This document shows positions 10,101-19,038 of a stretch of 64,000 nt of DNA, piece by piece. Position 1 is the stretch's first letter. Each line of letters opens with the position of its first letter. The notes under the pieces were generated by a model, which was given only the letters and a program-made list of their open reading frames with translations, made no database searches and was not told the DNA's origin. The DNA is taken from positions 120,477 to 184,476 of the forward strand of contig CAVPOC010000005.1 in NCBI GenBank assembly GCA_963706955.1, written 5' to 3'. A program made the translations under genes and the position numbers. Source of the stretch: an uncultured Verrucomicrobiae bacterium. GTDB lineage: Bacteria; Verrucomicrobiota; Verrucomicrobiia; Chthoniobacterales; Terrimicrobiaceae.

Positions 10101-10217
10101 GTCGCCGAATTCGAAATGCTCCTCCTGGAGCACGGCACGCAGGCAGTCAGCCCGATCTTCCGGCAGAAAGCGGAAAAAAGACGAGCGATCCAAGACTTCG
10201 TTTTGGTGTTGCGTCAT
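7125..10217 (-). CDS. Peptidase C39-containing ABC transporter (PCAT) with two N-terminal cyclic-nucleotide-binding domains
   Basis: cNMP motifs FGEQAL..RNATV and FFGELSIL..RAASV. C39 motifs QIDEMDCG, NHWMVL and VADP. ABC motifs GRSGSGKT, LSGGQKQR and DEATSALD. ATG 10217 overlaps the upstream stop (ATGA). Confidence 0.95.
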   Translation of the reverse strand: MTQHQNEVLDRSSFFRFLPEDRADCLRAVLQEEHFEFGDVIVREGDEADACYILVNGRARVVKEIKEGQEVALAVLRPGDQFGEQALIAGGCRNATVRCSTAVDALRLNRADFLSLLTEHPDLKTAVELTSRHRTLHGFLHEFSNFGRLPERALRTLVEKMTPVAYARGATILREGDPAGPLFVIESGRVRIFTQSNGRQKNVAFYRDGDFFGELSILNGSQRAASVEAVADCRLLALQPESVREMKEQFPEFRKLLEERLAQYQADVVARVPLDFAEELLPAETRVQDKVALDEEQPEPSDDREGLFRPRDKRRIRRIPHVQQIDEMDCGAASLAMICRHFGRKVSLSRIRELCHTSRDGTSLKAICHAAGELGLAARMLKVSPRNLPNLPMPAIVHWEGNHWMVLYDVTPSYVRVADPAAGLRRISRSEFAAKWSGYTALFDYTEAFAQAPEAQSTVRRFAPLFRQHRMILLQALILAGIVTFLQLLFPVFTQIVLDRVVVENNADLLHVVLIGMGAAIVFTQLANLLQQYFLSFAAVRIDATLLDFLTRQLLSLPMSYFHSRRTGDIQRRLNGAREIRLFAVEHGIGGLFSIITLAGALGMMLVYSPALAGVFMITMPLYTLLMIWSAKVLRPLFFDIEESQGKYASQQIDAIKGIEAVKASAAELSFRNSMLNEYLSVLRKMFRSNFILMSYDGVIQTIGLLSTALFLWVGASKVMEGQLTVGAFVAFSSLTAMAYAAILRTLGIWDQWQWIAVLLDRLNDIFEPEPEQGSDRARLIPVHSLEGHIELRGVGFKYGGPEAPDILKGISIEFVPGKIVAIVGRSGSGKTTLVKLLASLIEPTTGTILFDRRDLKELNFRDVRRQIGIVLQDNHIFSESISRNIAFGDPEPDFDRVLWCAQVANAHDFIMRMPMGYETSIGETGIALSGGQKQRVAIARALYTDPPILIFDEATSALDTESERAIQDNLSRMMVGRTCIVIAHRLSTIREADMIVVLEKGEIVETGTHDGLMARRGLYFHLSSQQLGI

Positions 10218-11287
10218 GGGGCGCCAATCGGCGGCAAAATCCATCGCACGAAACGCCCGGCCAGTTCGGAAAAATAGCGCTCCACGATCTTCGCTTCCAC
10301 ACGATGCCGCACTTCATCATCGGTCAGATCGAAGTCTGTCTTCCCCAGCAATCGGCAAAGCTCGAAGTGCCCTTCGTGTTCGATCGGATCGAGGATTTCT
10401 CCGGGCCTGGCGCTGAGAAGCCTCGGCTGTAGATCTTCCGGCAGGTCCTCGTAGAAGACACGGCTGCGCCGATAAGGATAGCCTGCACCAGAGGCGACCT
10501 CTTCCATCGGCTCGCCGTCTGCGCTCACGCATTCGAAGACCTCACATGCCGCATCGCGCGAGTCGACTTCAATGAGCTCCAGATCGAATCTCATCAAAGG
10601 CATTCTCAAGGTGTGCAGCACCCGCTCGCGCGAGCCAACACTAAGGATCTCCTCGCGCTGGCCTCGGAAGAGGGCTTCCAGTTCCAACATTTCGTTGAAC
10701 CAAACAACCTCCCGCCCAAGCCCGAGCAGCCACCTGTCGAGCCCGTCGCCGCCCAGTCCACTGCGTTCCAAGAATCGCGCGCGTTCGCTTTCGATCGCCT
10801 TTGCGGTCGGCGCATGGCCCACCCCCTCGCGTGCCGCGATGCGCCACGCTAACGCAGTTGCGAGGCGATCAAAGTCCCCGGTAAACAGCAGGTCGATCTG
10901 CAGTAAATGACGCAGATCCGCCGGCGCGAACGCATACTCTTCCACTTGCCGGTCTGGGCTGGCGGGAGCCGAAGCAGATACCTGCTCTCGGATGAGGAAA
11001 TCGCTGAAGTCGTCGAGACTCAGGCCACGTTCGTCCAGCCATCGCTCGGTTTCCTCAGCACTGATCAGATCACGGTTGATGCGGAACTCCTCTGAGCGGG
11101 CCTGCAGGTCCGCTTCGTCCGTTTCACGACCGCTCGCCCCGCTTTTCACATAGTCGCACACGCGCTTCCAACTCTTTTCGAGGTCACCCCGGAAATGAGC
11201 CGCGCAAATGACGTCGTCCATGGTAATCGTCTTGTTTCCAACATGAAATACCCCAAGATCTCGAACGCCCAACTCTGTGCTAATCAT
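10214..11287 (-). CDS. PpiC/SurA-related accessory protein of the export operon
   Basis: LQARSEEFRINRDLISAEETERWLDERGLSLDDF N-region and parvulin-like C-region (EDLPEDLQPRLLSARPGEILDPIEHEGHFEL). Translationally coupled to the PCAT. Confidence 0.7.
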   Translation of the reverse strand: MISTELGVRDLGVFHVGNKTITMDDVICAAHFRGDLEKSWKRVCDYVKSGASGRETDEADLQARSEEFRINRDLISAEETERWLDERGLSLDDFSDFLIREQVSASAPASPDRQVEEYAFAPADLRHLLQIDLLFTGDFDRLATALAWRIAAREGVGHAPTAKAIESERARFLERSGLGGDGLDRWLLGLGREVVWFNEMLELEALFRGQREEILSVGSRERVLHTLRMPLMRFDLELIEVDSRDAACEVFECVSADGEPMEEVASGAGYPYRRSRVFYEDLPEDLQPRLLSARPGEILDPIEHEGHFELCRLLGKTDFDLTDDEVRHRVEAKIVERYFSELAGRFVRWILPPIGAP

Positions 11288-11577
11288 TGGGATCCAGGGA
11301 TGAAGATCGAGACGTCTGTCCTACGCATCGACGTGTTTTTGCAGATCGCACACGTTTTGACGCCAGGCTTAAAATGCCCCGCAGAGCGCCGCAAGCGACC
11401 ATAGCTAAGTATCTCATAGCATTCAAATGGCCTGCTCTGCAAGTATCTAACGGGCTCAAAGTCCTAGTGATTGGTCAAAATGTGATGTTGAAAGGGTCCC
11501 GACGAGCTCGTAACCAACTCTCAACTTTCAGCTGCGTTGCATGGCGGGGACAGCCTTCCGGACGTAGTCTAGCCCTC

Positions 11578-12399
11578 ATGCAAGCACACGACGACGACCT
11601 GAAGATATTCGAAGCGGAGGGCGCTGCGCCTTTGCCTCCGGCGACCGCTCAGGACTACATGGAGCACGACGGCGCTCGAATCTGGTACGCGAGCTACGGG
11701 CTCGGGCTCCCTGTAATCCTGCTGCATGGCGGTCTCGGGCACAGTGGTAACTGGGGTTACCAGGTCCCGGCGGTGATCGCCTCGGGCTATCGCGCCGTGC
11801 TTATCGACAGCCGAGGCCATGGCCGCAGCACGCGCGATTCACGGCCCTATACCTACGAGTTGCTGGCCTCCGACGTGATCGCGGTCATGGATGTATTGCA
11901 TCTTGAGAGAGCGGCCGTTGTCGGCTGGAGCGATGGCGCTTGCACCGCTTTGATTCTCGCGACAAAGGTTCCGGCCCGCCTTGCCGGGATATTCTTCTTT
12001 GCTTGCAATATGGATCCGAGCGGGCTCAAGGAGATCGCCCAGCCCAATCCGCTCCTCGACCGTTGTTTCCGGCGGCACGCCAAAGACTATGCCGCGCTAT
12101 CCGCCACCCCGGACGAATTCAAAGCATTTACCGAGGCGGTCGGTCGGATGCAGAAGACGCAGCCCGATTACTCTGCGCGGCAGCTGGCTGCTATCACCGT
12201 GCCAGTCGCCATCGTCCTGGGCGAGCACGACGAATTTATCAAACTCGAACATGCCGAATATCTCGCGCGAAATATTCCCGGGGCGGAACTGCTCATCCTT
12301 CCCGACGTCAGCCATTTCGCACCTCTGCAAAGACCCGAACACTTCAATCGCGAGATGCTCGCTTTCATTGCTAAGGCTTGGGGGACCGCTGACGGTTGA
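11578..12399 (+). CDS. Alpha/beta fold hydrolase
   Basis: LLHGGLG, DSRGHGRS, GWSDG nucleophile elbow, HDEFI and SHFA. Confidence 0.9.
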   Translation: MQAHDDDLKIFEAEGAAPLPPATAQDYMEHDGARIWYASYGLGLPVILLHGGLGHSGNWGYQVPAVIASGYRAVLIDSRGHGRSTRDSRPYTYELLASDVIAVMDVLHLERAAVVGWSDGACTALILATKVPARLAGIFFFACNMDPSGLKEIAQPNPLLDRCFRRHAKDYAALSATPDEFKAFTEAVGRMQKTQPDYSARQLAAITVPVAIVLGEHDEFIKLEHAEYLARNIPGAELLILPDVSHFAPLQRPEHFNREMLAFIAKAWGTADG

Positions 12400-12464
12400 A
12401 GGTCAGAGCATCTCGGCGACGAAGTTACGCCGTATTGCCCGATGAATAAGCCTTCCGCCTCTTA

Positions 12465-13496
12465 TCAGAGTTCCGAATTGGCGACGATGAAGTCGAACAC
12501 CTCGCGCGTGATTCTTCTGCCGAAATTCGGCCGCGAGTCGTCGCCGAGCGCACCCGCAGCTCCGCGTAGCACGCCCACGACATACGGCCAATCATCGGTG
12601 TCATAGACATAGAGTCCGGATCCACTGTCGCCGAACCAAGCATCCATAAAGAAGTTGATATAGTCGCCGTTGCGGATGCCATTGCCCTCGTTTCCCCAAA
12701 TCTGTGGTTGTCGTTTGTCGCTCGGATGACCGTAGACGAACATCGTGTTGCCAGTAATTACGGAGTCCGGGGCTTCCCAGAGCCCCTTCCAGCCGCTGGC
12801 TCGGCCCGGAAAATCGCCACAGCCCGCAAATTCCACGACCGCGTAGTCGAAGCGCGCGTCGCCGCCGCTTTGATTGATGAATGCCGTTGGAATCGAGACG
12901 GTATAACAGCCAAACTGACCAAACGGAAACCTGGTCGCGTCTTGGAAGTCGGAGCCTGGAGCAAACCACGGTAGCTCCAGCCAGTTGGTCCCATTGTGGA
13001 CAACGTGCGCGGCAGTGAGAGCGGTCGATGCACCAATCATCGTGCCAGAGCCCGAGTATCCGCCGCCGTCGCGTGGCAGATAGGTGACAGTACTCCAAGG
13101 ATAGGATGTATTGTCCCTTCGGACGACGCGATTGTCGGCGCCAATGATCCCTGACCGGGGGCGCAGCATCCTGGCCTCCAGTCGCTCTCCCTCCGATCTG
13201 CCTAATGGCGAAAAGGACTGAGTTCGGCGATACGGGTCGGCCTTGCGAAGGCGGGCGACGGCCCCTGAGGATGCTTCGCCTACATACTCGTAGCCTCCTC
13301 TCAAGACGACTGGACGGAGAGCCTCGGCAAGTTGCTCATCGCTCATATCCAGAGCAGGTGCCAACTCCTCTCCGCTCGGTGGGATGATGCGTGGATAAAC
13401 AGAACTCCGAACGAACTGCGCCTTACCGCGGAGGGTTAATGTTTGTCCTTTCGGGCCCTCGAAGGTTTTGGGCGCGTAATCGATAGACTTTGCCAT
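12465..13496 (-). CDS. Trypsin-like (V8/glutamyl endopeptidase-type) serine protease; start uncertain
   Basis: LTAAHVV, FDYAVV and GDSGSG catalytic triad motifs. Confidence 0.85.
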   Translation of the reverse strand: MAKSIDYAPKTFEGPKGQTLTLRGKAQFVRSSVYPRIIPPSGEELAPALDMSDEQLAEALRPVVLRGGYEYVGEASSGAVARLRKADPYRRTQSFSPLGRSEGERLEARMLRPRSGIIGADNRVVRRDNTSYPWSTVTYLPRDGGGYSGSGTMIGASTALTAAHVVHNGTNWLELPWFAPGSDFQDATRFPFGQFGCYTVSIPTAFINQSGGDARFDYAVVEFAGCGDFPGRASGWKGLWEAPDSVITGNTMFVYGHPSDKRQPQIWGNEGNGIRNGDYINFFMDAWFGDSGSGLYVYDTDDWPYVVGVLRGAAGALGDDSRPNFGRRITREVFDFIVANSEL

Positions 13497-14107
13497 ATAA
13501 TTCCTATTTTGGATGTCTTGCGCCTTTCGCGTGGCGCCTAACAATGAATTGATTGCTTATTAATGCGAAACGCGGCGAAACATAAATTGGCCAGCCAGAA
13601 CTTTTGTCCTTTTCTGAAACAAATGGTCCCCTAAGGCCTTCATGCTTCCCTGTCTAATTACAACGACATTCAAAGACGCGAGTTTCAAAGTCCGGAGAAT
13701 TGCTACGAAGGTCGAAGCGCCACGAACGGTTGCAACGGCAAACACGGTAGCAGCGGTGTTCTCACCGCCGATACGCCGCGACGGCGTTGAGGACATCGCC
13801 GTTACAAAGAACGCCGACTGCTCATCAACAATCAACCATCAACTAGCTCCAGAGCACCATCGGCGCGGCTTTGGGGAGCATACCCGTCTCGGGCCGTCTC
13901 AGGTGTGGTGCCGGGCGTCCCGCCCGGCACAGGAGCGTTTCGCGCGTCTCTGGTCAATCATCTCCCCTTGGCCGCCGTAGCTTCAGCGAAGGAGACTGGA
14001 CGCCGAAGCCCTCCAGACGAAGGAGGCTCAATTGACTCACAGAACTCGCGAAAGAGAGCACTGTCTTTTGGCAAAGTAAACCGCGTCCCATCTTTGCTTC
14101 ACGCAAG

Positions 14108-14524
14108 TTAAAAATCAGGACGGTTGGGAGAAAGAATTCGGATCTTCGGAAAATAGTCGCGCAGGTACCCTCGGTCGTCCGTTGCCAGCAAATCAGCTTG
14201 GGTGGCAGCATGTGCACCAACAAGGAAATCCGGCAGAATCGTTGTCCGTGGCCCGCCCTCCTTCCGGTAATTCCGGAAGATGCGTCCAGCCAGGTTGGCC
14301 GCCTCTTCGCTCAGCGCGCTGTGTCGTAGATCAAGGTCACTAAGGGCGGTCCGGCAGGCGCCGTCTGATGGGAAGAACGACCGGATCTCCGCAAGCACCA
14401 CCGAGGAAACCAGCAGAGAGGCAGCTTCCGCGGCGGTTTGCAGACATTCGAGCCAGCGCTCTCCTGTCGGTTCACCCTTGAAGATCGCCAGCAGGACGGA
14501 AGTATCAACCGCGATGACGCTCAC
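14108..14524 (-). CDS. vapC: PIN-domain toxin (VapC family)
   Basis: AVDTSVL, LAEI, LPDFLVGAHA and LATDD motifs; overlaps the antitoxin stop. Confidence 0.9.
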   Translation of the reverse strand: MSVIAVDTSVLLAIFKGEPTGERWLECLQTAAEAASLLVSSVVLAEIRSFFPSDGACRTALSDLDLRHSALSEEAANLAGRIFRNYRKEGGPRTTILPDFLVGAHAATQADLLATDDRGYLRDYFPKIRILSPNRPDF

Positions 14525-14787
14525 CGGCGGTTTCTTTTCCGCCGGCCTTTGGGCAACTCGACCGGGCCGCGCAGTTCCTCCAGAAGATCAGTCACGCTGC
14601 GACCTTCAAGCTCCGTCTTAAGGCAACCGAGCACCCTCCTTTGCTTCCGACGATCAACCACCTTGCGCAGCCTGATTCCATCCTCTCTGGCGGCAAAGTC
14701 AATCTGTGCCCCAGGTTCAATACCGAACCGGTCTCGCAACTCCTTGGGAATGGTAACCTGACCTTTCGAGGTGACCTGCGCTTTCAT
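14521..14787 (-). CDS. AbrB/MazE/SpoVT-family antitoxin
   Basis: VTSKGQVTIPKELRDRFGIEPG motif directly upstream of the PIN gene. Confidence 0.9.
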   Translation of the reverse strand: MKAQVTSKGQVTIPKELRDRFGIEPGAQIDFAAREDGIRLRKVVDRRKQRRVLGCLKTELEGRSVTDLLEELRGPVELPKGRRKRNRR

Positions 14788-14793
14788 AACAAG

Positions 14794-14822
14794 AATGTAA
14801 GAATCGTCGGTTAGAATGACAA
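14794..14822 (-). promoter_or_regulatory. Sigma70-type promoter of the TA operon (probably a leaderless mRNA)
   Basis: TTGTCA-17 bp-TACATT, ending 6 nt before the ATG at 14787. Confidence 0.55.
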
Positions 14823-14992
14823 GTAATACCTTGATCGGCCGAAAGACGTTTCGATCGGCACCTGACCGCGCATCAGGTCAACCGTGGTAGCCCACCGAAG
14901 AAGTCACTTGAAATAACATCCAGGCCCGTCCTGCGCGCTCGCAAGATGAACCACAAATACTGGCCGCCGATCCGCTGAATGTCATATGTCAA

Positions 14993-16721
14993 CGGGCTGT
15001 TGCCCAAACAGGACGAGTTCTGGCGTGAAAAATGCTTAGGGATGGAGTGAGCTATGAGTGGGTCAATGGCAGAAGCCGACCGAGCTGTGGGTCGGAACCG
15101 AAAAAGATTAGGCAGACGAATTTGGCCTTAGATCAGTTTGCTAAGAAAGAGCAATGGAGTACTCGATGCTTGTGGTTCGTTTGCCGCGAAGTGATCCTCA
15201 GGCTTTTACGGGAGCAATGGCCACGATGTAGGTCGATCCTGAATGCTTTATCACCAGAGTCTGACGCTCCAGCGGGCTCGCTTAAAGATGTGCTGCAGCG
15301 AGCGCGCGCTCGATGCGAATTGTGCCGCTGCGCTTGAAATCATCTGCCGGCGCTTACGGTCAGAGCGGGCTTGCGAGGAATGGGATTGCTGGCTCACAGT
15401 GTATCCTGAGCCTAGCGCGCATAGCGCTTGAGGGATGCGACCAAGTTCTTATGACGCGTGCAGAACTGTCGCAGCCTGCAGCGTCGCGCAGTGTGTCCCC
15501 GCTGCGGGCCGATATTCGATAGCAGCCACGCTTGGCATCAAAGTGGTGCCTGTAAAGTCGCGGCGAATCTCTCCCGCAACTCGGGCATCGAGGTAGTAGT
15601 CCGGCTGCGAGGCTGAGTAGAGCTAAAGTGTTCTGGAGCGAGATAGATTACCATGGCTGCGCGCATTGCAGCAGTTTGCTGCGGTCAGATCGAAAGCTGC
15701 ACATGCGCCACCGACCATGACTCGACGGTGTGTCCGAAAGCAATCAGGGTAGGCCGTACTCCCTGCCGTAGCGGCTCGTCGGCTACCTGCCGACCTTGGT
15801 CTTGGCAGCGGTGACGCCGCTCATGTCTTTCGACGGGAGCTGTCGATGAAGCTCAGCTGAGCTTCATCGACAGCTCCCGTCGTTAGTCGTGATCGCCGTC
15901 ACCACTGCCAAGCCTAGGTCGTCAGGTAGCCCGATGAGTCGTTATAGGAGGGAGTACGGCCTGCCCTGACTGGTGCCGGACCACCGTCGAGTCAGGGTCG
16001 GTGGTGCATGCGCAGCTTTCGATCTGACGCGAGCCCCCGCTGCAATGCGCGGAGTCCAAGGTCTTCTATCTTGCTCCTGCTCACTCAAGCTCTACTCACC
16101 TGCGCCGAAGCCGACCACCTCGATGACTGGTTGCGGACGCATTCGGCGACGAGAGAGGCATCACAGATACCAGCTTTGTTGCCATCGACCAGGCTCCGCA
16201 TGCAACACACTGCTCGACGCTCCGGGTAAAGAGCCGCTCAAAGACTTGCAGGATCCCCAACAGTTTGCGCGCTTTGCTCAATACACTGTGAATGGGGATC
16301 TCATCCTCAAGCGCGTACGCGGGCCTAGGAACCACTAGATAAAGCCAAGCGCAGCGGCACAATCCCCGCATAGCTCGCTCTGACCGCATGCGCTGCGCAC
16401 ATGGTTTCGAAAGAGCAGGAACATCAGCTTGATGCCGCCATGCATCACGGGGTCGACCGAGCCCGCTGGCGCGGATTGCTCCCGTACAAAGCATTCAGGA
16501 TCACCTCATCGCGGCGCATCAAAACCCGAGGATCATCGCCAAAAACCACGATTGCATCTATTCTTAGCGCTTAATCGGATACTGGCTAAGGCCAAATTCG
16601 TCTGCCTAAGCTTTATCGGCTTCCGACCCACAGCTCGGTCTGCTTCTGCTCAATGGCCCATCAGAGCTAACTCCATGCCTAAGATTTTGCCACAAGCTCA
16701 TCCTTTTTGAGCAACAGCCCG
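14993..16721. repeat. 1.73 kb imperfect palindrome / foldback element with IS-like ends and TCAA flanking duplication
   Basis: Perfect 52-bp palindrome at 15831-15882. Arms match in reverse complement out to CGGGCTGTTGCCCAAA...TTTGAGCAACAGCCCG. TCAA at 14989-14992 and 16722-16725. Confidence 0.85.
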
Positions 16722-16729
16722 TCAAGAGC

Positions 16730-16771
16730 TGACCCCAGGTGCTAAGTGACCCTAAATGCTAAGTGGGGTCA
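16730..16771. repeat. REP-like short inverted repeat TGACCCC...GGGGTCA
   Basis: TGACCCC at 16730 and GGGGTCA at 16765, with TGCTAAGTG present twice between them. Confidence 0.5.
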
Positions 16772-16802
16772 CCCCAAGTGGGTCGATCCGTTACAGAGGA
16801 GC

Positions 16803-17222
16803 TTAGACCAGATTGATCGCTACGTCGATGTTGCCGCGAGTTGCGTTGGAATACGGGCACAACTGGTGCGCCGTTTCCACCAACGTCTGAGCGAGTTCGC
16901 GCTCCAGACCCGGCAGGCTGACGTTGAGACGGGCCGCGAGGGCGTAAGCGCCGCTGGTTGTACCCAGGTCCACTTCCGCGTCGATTGCGACGTCAGGCGA
17001 GAGAGCGACCTTCTTTTGGCCGGCGGCGAACTTTAACGCGCTGAGGAAGCAGGTCGACCAACCCGCGGCCAAGAGCTGCTCGGGATTGGTGCCAGTGCCC
17101 GCAGTGCCGGGAGGCGACACCTTAACATCGAGTCGCCCGTCGTCGGTGCGCGAGGCTCCGCCCTCTCGGCCACCGGTGGTATGAGCTTTGGCGGTGTAGA
17201 GCACTGTTTCGAGTTTCGTCAC
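16803..17222 (-). CDS. ohr: Organic hydroperoxide resistance protein (Ohr/OsmC)
   Basis: LYTAKAHTTGGREG, GTNPEQLLAAGWSTCF and AHQLCPYSNATRGN; GTG start. Confidence 0.9.
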   Translation of the reverse strand: MTKLETVLYTAKAHTTGGREGGASRTDDGRLDVKVSPPGTAGTGTNPEQLLAAGWSTCFLSALKFAAGQKKVALSPDVAIDAEVDLGTTSGAYALAARLNVSLPGLERELAQTLVETAHQLCPYSNATRGNIDVAINLV

Positions 17223-17289
17223 GGTAAATTCCTTTCCTGGTCGAGTTTGATGTTTTTTGAAGGACTTGTCGGCTGTGCGTATTTTATGA

Positions 17290-17620
17290 CGTTCGTTGAT
17301 CTCCAAAATAACTTGAATGATGGCCGCTGTCCCGATTGGCAAACTCTGAACGCCGACGACCCTCGTACATGACCATTTTCGTCGCCAAAGAGTTGCACGA
17401 ACAGATCTGGTGCACCGTCAGCGACGGCGGCGTGCTCGACAGAGAGGTTTCCTCCGGGCCGTCTAGTGATGGGAAGTTTCTTATCCACTACCGGAAGCAT
17501 CCCGCTCAGAAACAGCAGGGAGCCGACCTCGGAAAGCGTGACATAGGCGCCCAAGGCGCCGGGGCGATTGGGAGGTACCTAACCGAGTTCGCGCAACCGC
17601 GAAGCCAGTTTGACGGCACA
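17290..17620 (-). pseudogene. RidA/YjgF-family remnant with internal deletion
   Basis: GAYV...LLFLSGMLP is followed abruptly by VADGAPDLFVQLFG...H.R; frameshifted. Confidence 0.6.
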
Positions 17621-17676
17621 ATTTTCACCGGCCGGGCGCGACGCCGGGCCTCATGGATCCTTGTCGCCGCGCAGCT

Positions 17677-18162
17677 TTACCCGCGACGCGCGGCGTCGAT
17701 CTTCGCGATATCAATTCTCCCCATTTCCATCATCGCCTCGAAAGCGCGTCGGGCTTCGGCGCCGCCGGCGGCCATGGCCTCTGTCAAAGTGCGCGGGGTG
17801 ATCTGCCAGGAGAGGCCCCAGCGGTCCTTGCACCAGCCACAGGCGCTTTCCTGGCCGCCGTTATCGACAACCGCGTTCCAATAACGGTCGGTTTCCTCCT
17901 GGGTGTCGGTCGCGACCTGGAACGAGAACGCTTCACTATGCGGAAAATCCGGCCCACCATTAAGGCCCAAGCAGGGAATGCCAAGGACCGTGAATTCAAC
18001 CGTGAGCAGATCTCCCTCTTTGCCCGAAGGATAGTCGCTCGGCGCTTTATGAACCGCGGTCACTTCACTATCCGGAAACGTGGCGGCATAAAACCGCGCC
18101 GCCGCCTCCGCGTCCTTGTCGAACCACAGGCAGATGGTGTTTTTGGGTATTACTTTCTTCAT
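17677..18162 (-). CDS. VOC / PhnB-like (3-demethylubiquinone-9 3-methyltransferase family) protein
   Basis: CLWFDKDAEAAARFY, LNGGP, SEAFSFQV and CGWCKDRWGLSWQI. Confidence 0.9.
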   Translation of the reverse strand: MKKVIPKNTICLWFDKDAEAAARFYAATFPDSEVTAVHKAPSDYPSGKEGDLLTVEFTVLGIPCLGLNGGPDFPHSEAFSFQVATDTQEETDRYWNAVVDNGGQESACGWCKDRWGLSWQITPRTLTEAMAAGGAEARRAFEAMMEMGRIDIAKIDAARRG

Positions 18163-19038
18163 GGTAAATTTAACAATTGGCTTAACTGTCTGACGAACAA
18201 GCCATCGTTTTCAGGACACCAAAATTTTCCGGACTCACGGCATGCGCATGGACGGCCTAAACGATTCGGCGATCAAACGTTAAACATTTCCACCATGCAG
18301 CAGGATTCGACCGTTCCGATTAGCCCAAACGCGAGCAACTGCCCTGCATTGTTAAGGAGCAGCGTGATCGGTCCTAGCTGCTGTTCTACCTTGGTCACAA
18401 TTTCCGCGGCAGCCACCGGATCGGTCGCATCGTCTGGAATAGCAACGATCTGATCTGCCGCAGAGGTGAGTTGCGCCGCAGTGTCGTCTCGCTCAGACGC
18501 CGAGCAGGCTGTAATTGCGACGCACCAGCCGGTGGCAAGCGAGGCCTGAGCAAAGGCTCGACCTAATCAGCGGCCGCCACCCGTAACTAAGGCTCAAATC
18601 CATCAAGCCACCTACTAGGGCTTTGCATTGCATCTAAACGTGGCGTGCCGAAGCGAGCGCCATGGCGTCTAAGGAATCCCAAAGCGGGGTTTGCACCGAA
18701 TCGATCCGCAAACGAGAAAGCTGTCCGTAGTGCCAAGCGGAAAATGGCACCGGGAATTTGTGTCACTAACTAACTCCGTTTTCTAACTGGCGCAGCCGAA
18801 GGCCTCGGACCCGATTTGCTTCCTTTCCACGTTACATTGCTACTAAGTCAGACGGAACAGACTTTGCCGATCCCGATGGTCCTGCTCCGCGCCTAACTTA
18901 TACTGACGAAAAAAATCAAAGCTCCATCCGGTGGGGTGGAGCGTAATCTTCGTTTATAAAGCGTCTCCATCAATTGGGAGCGCATGTATTTCACCAACCA
19001 CACACAACGAATTTTTATAATTTCGAGAGGAGTCGATC

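Noticed and set aside
12465..13496. Serine protease and alpha/beta hydrolase as parts of the peptide system
   Set aside because: They are not co-operonic (the hydrolase is divergent) and the PCAT already has an intact peptidase; only synteny data could support a link.
15032..16710. Protein-coding ORFs within the palindrome, including a short SRYxREYGLP stretch shared by both arms
   Set aside because: Frames are not preserved between the arms (indels and stops) and no motifs are recognisable.
14108..16721. VapBC pair as cargo or partner of the palindrome
   Set aside because: The TA genes lie ~200 bp outside the TCAA-bounded element; only adjacency links them.
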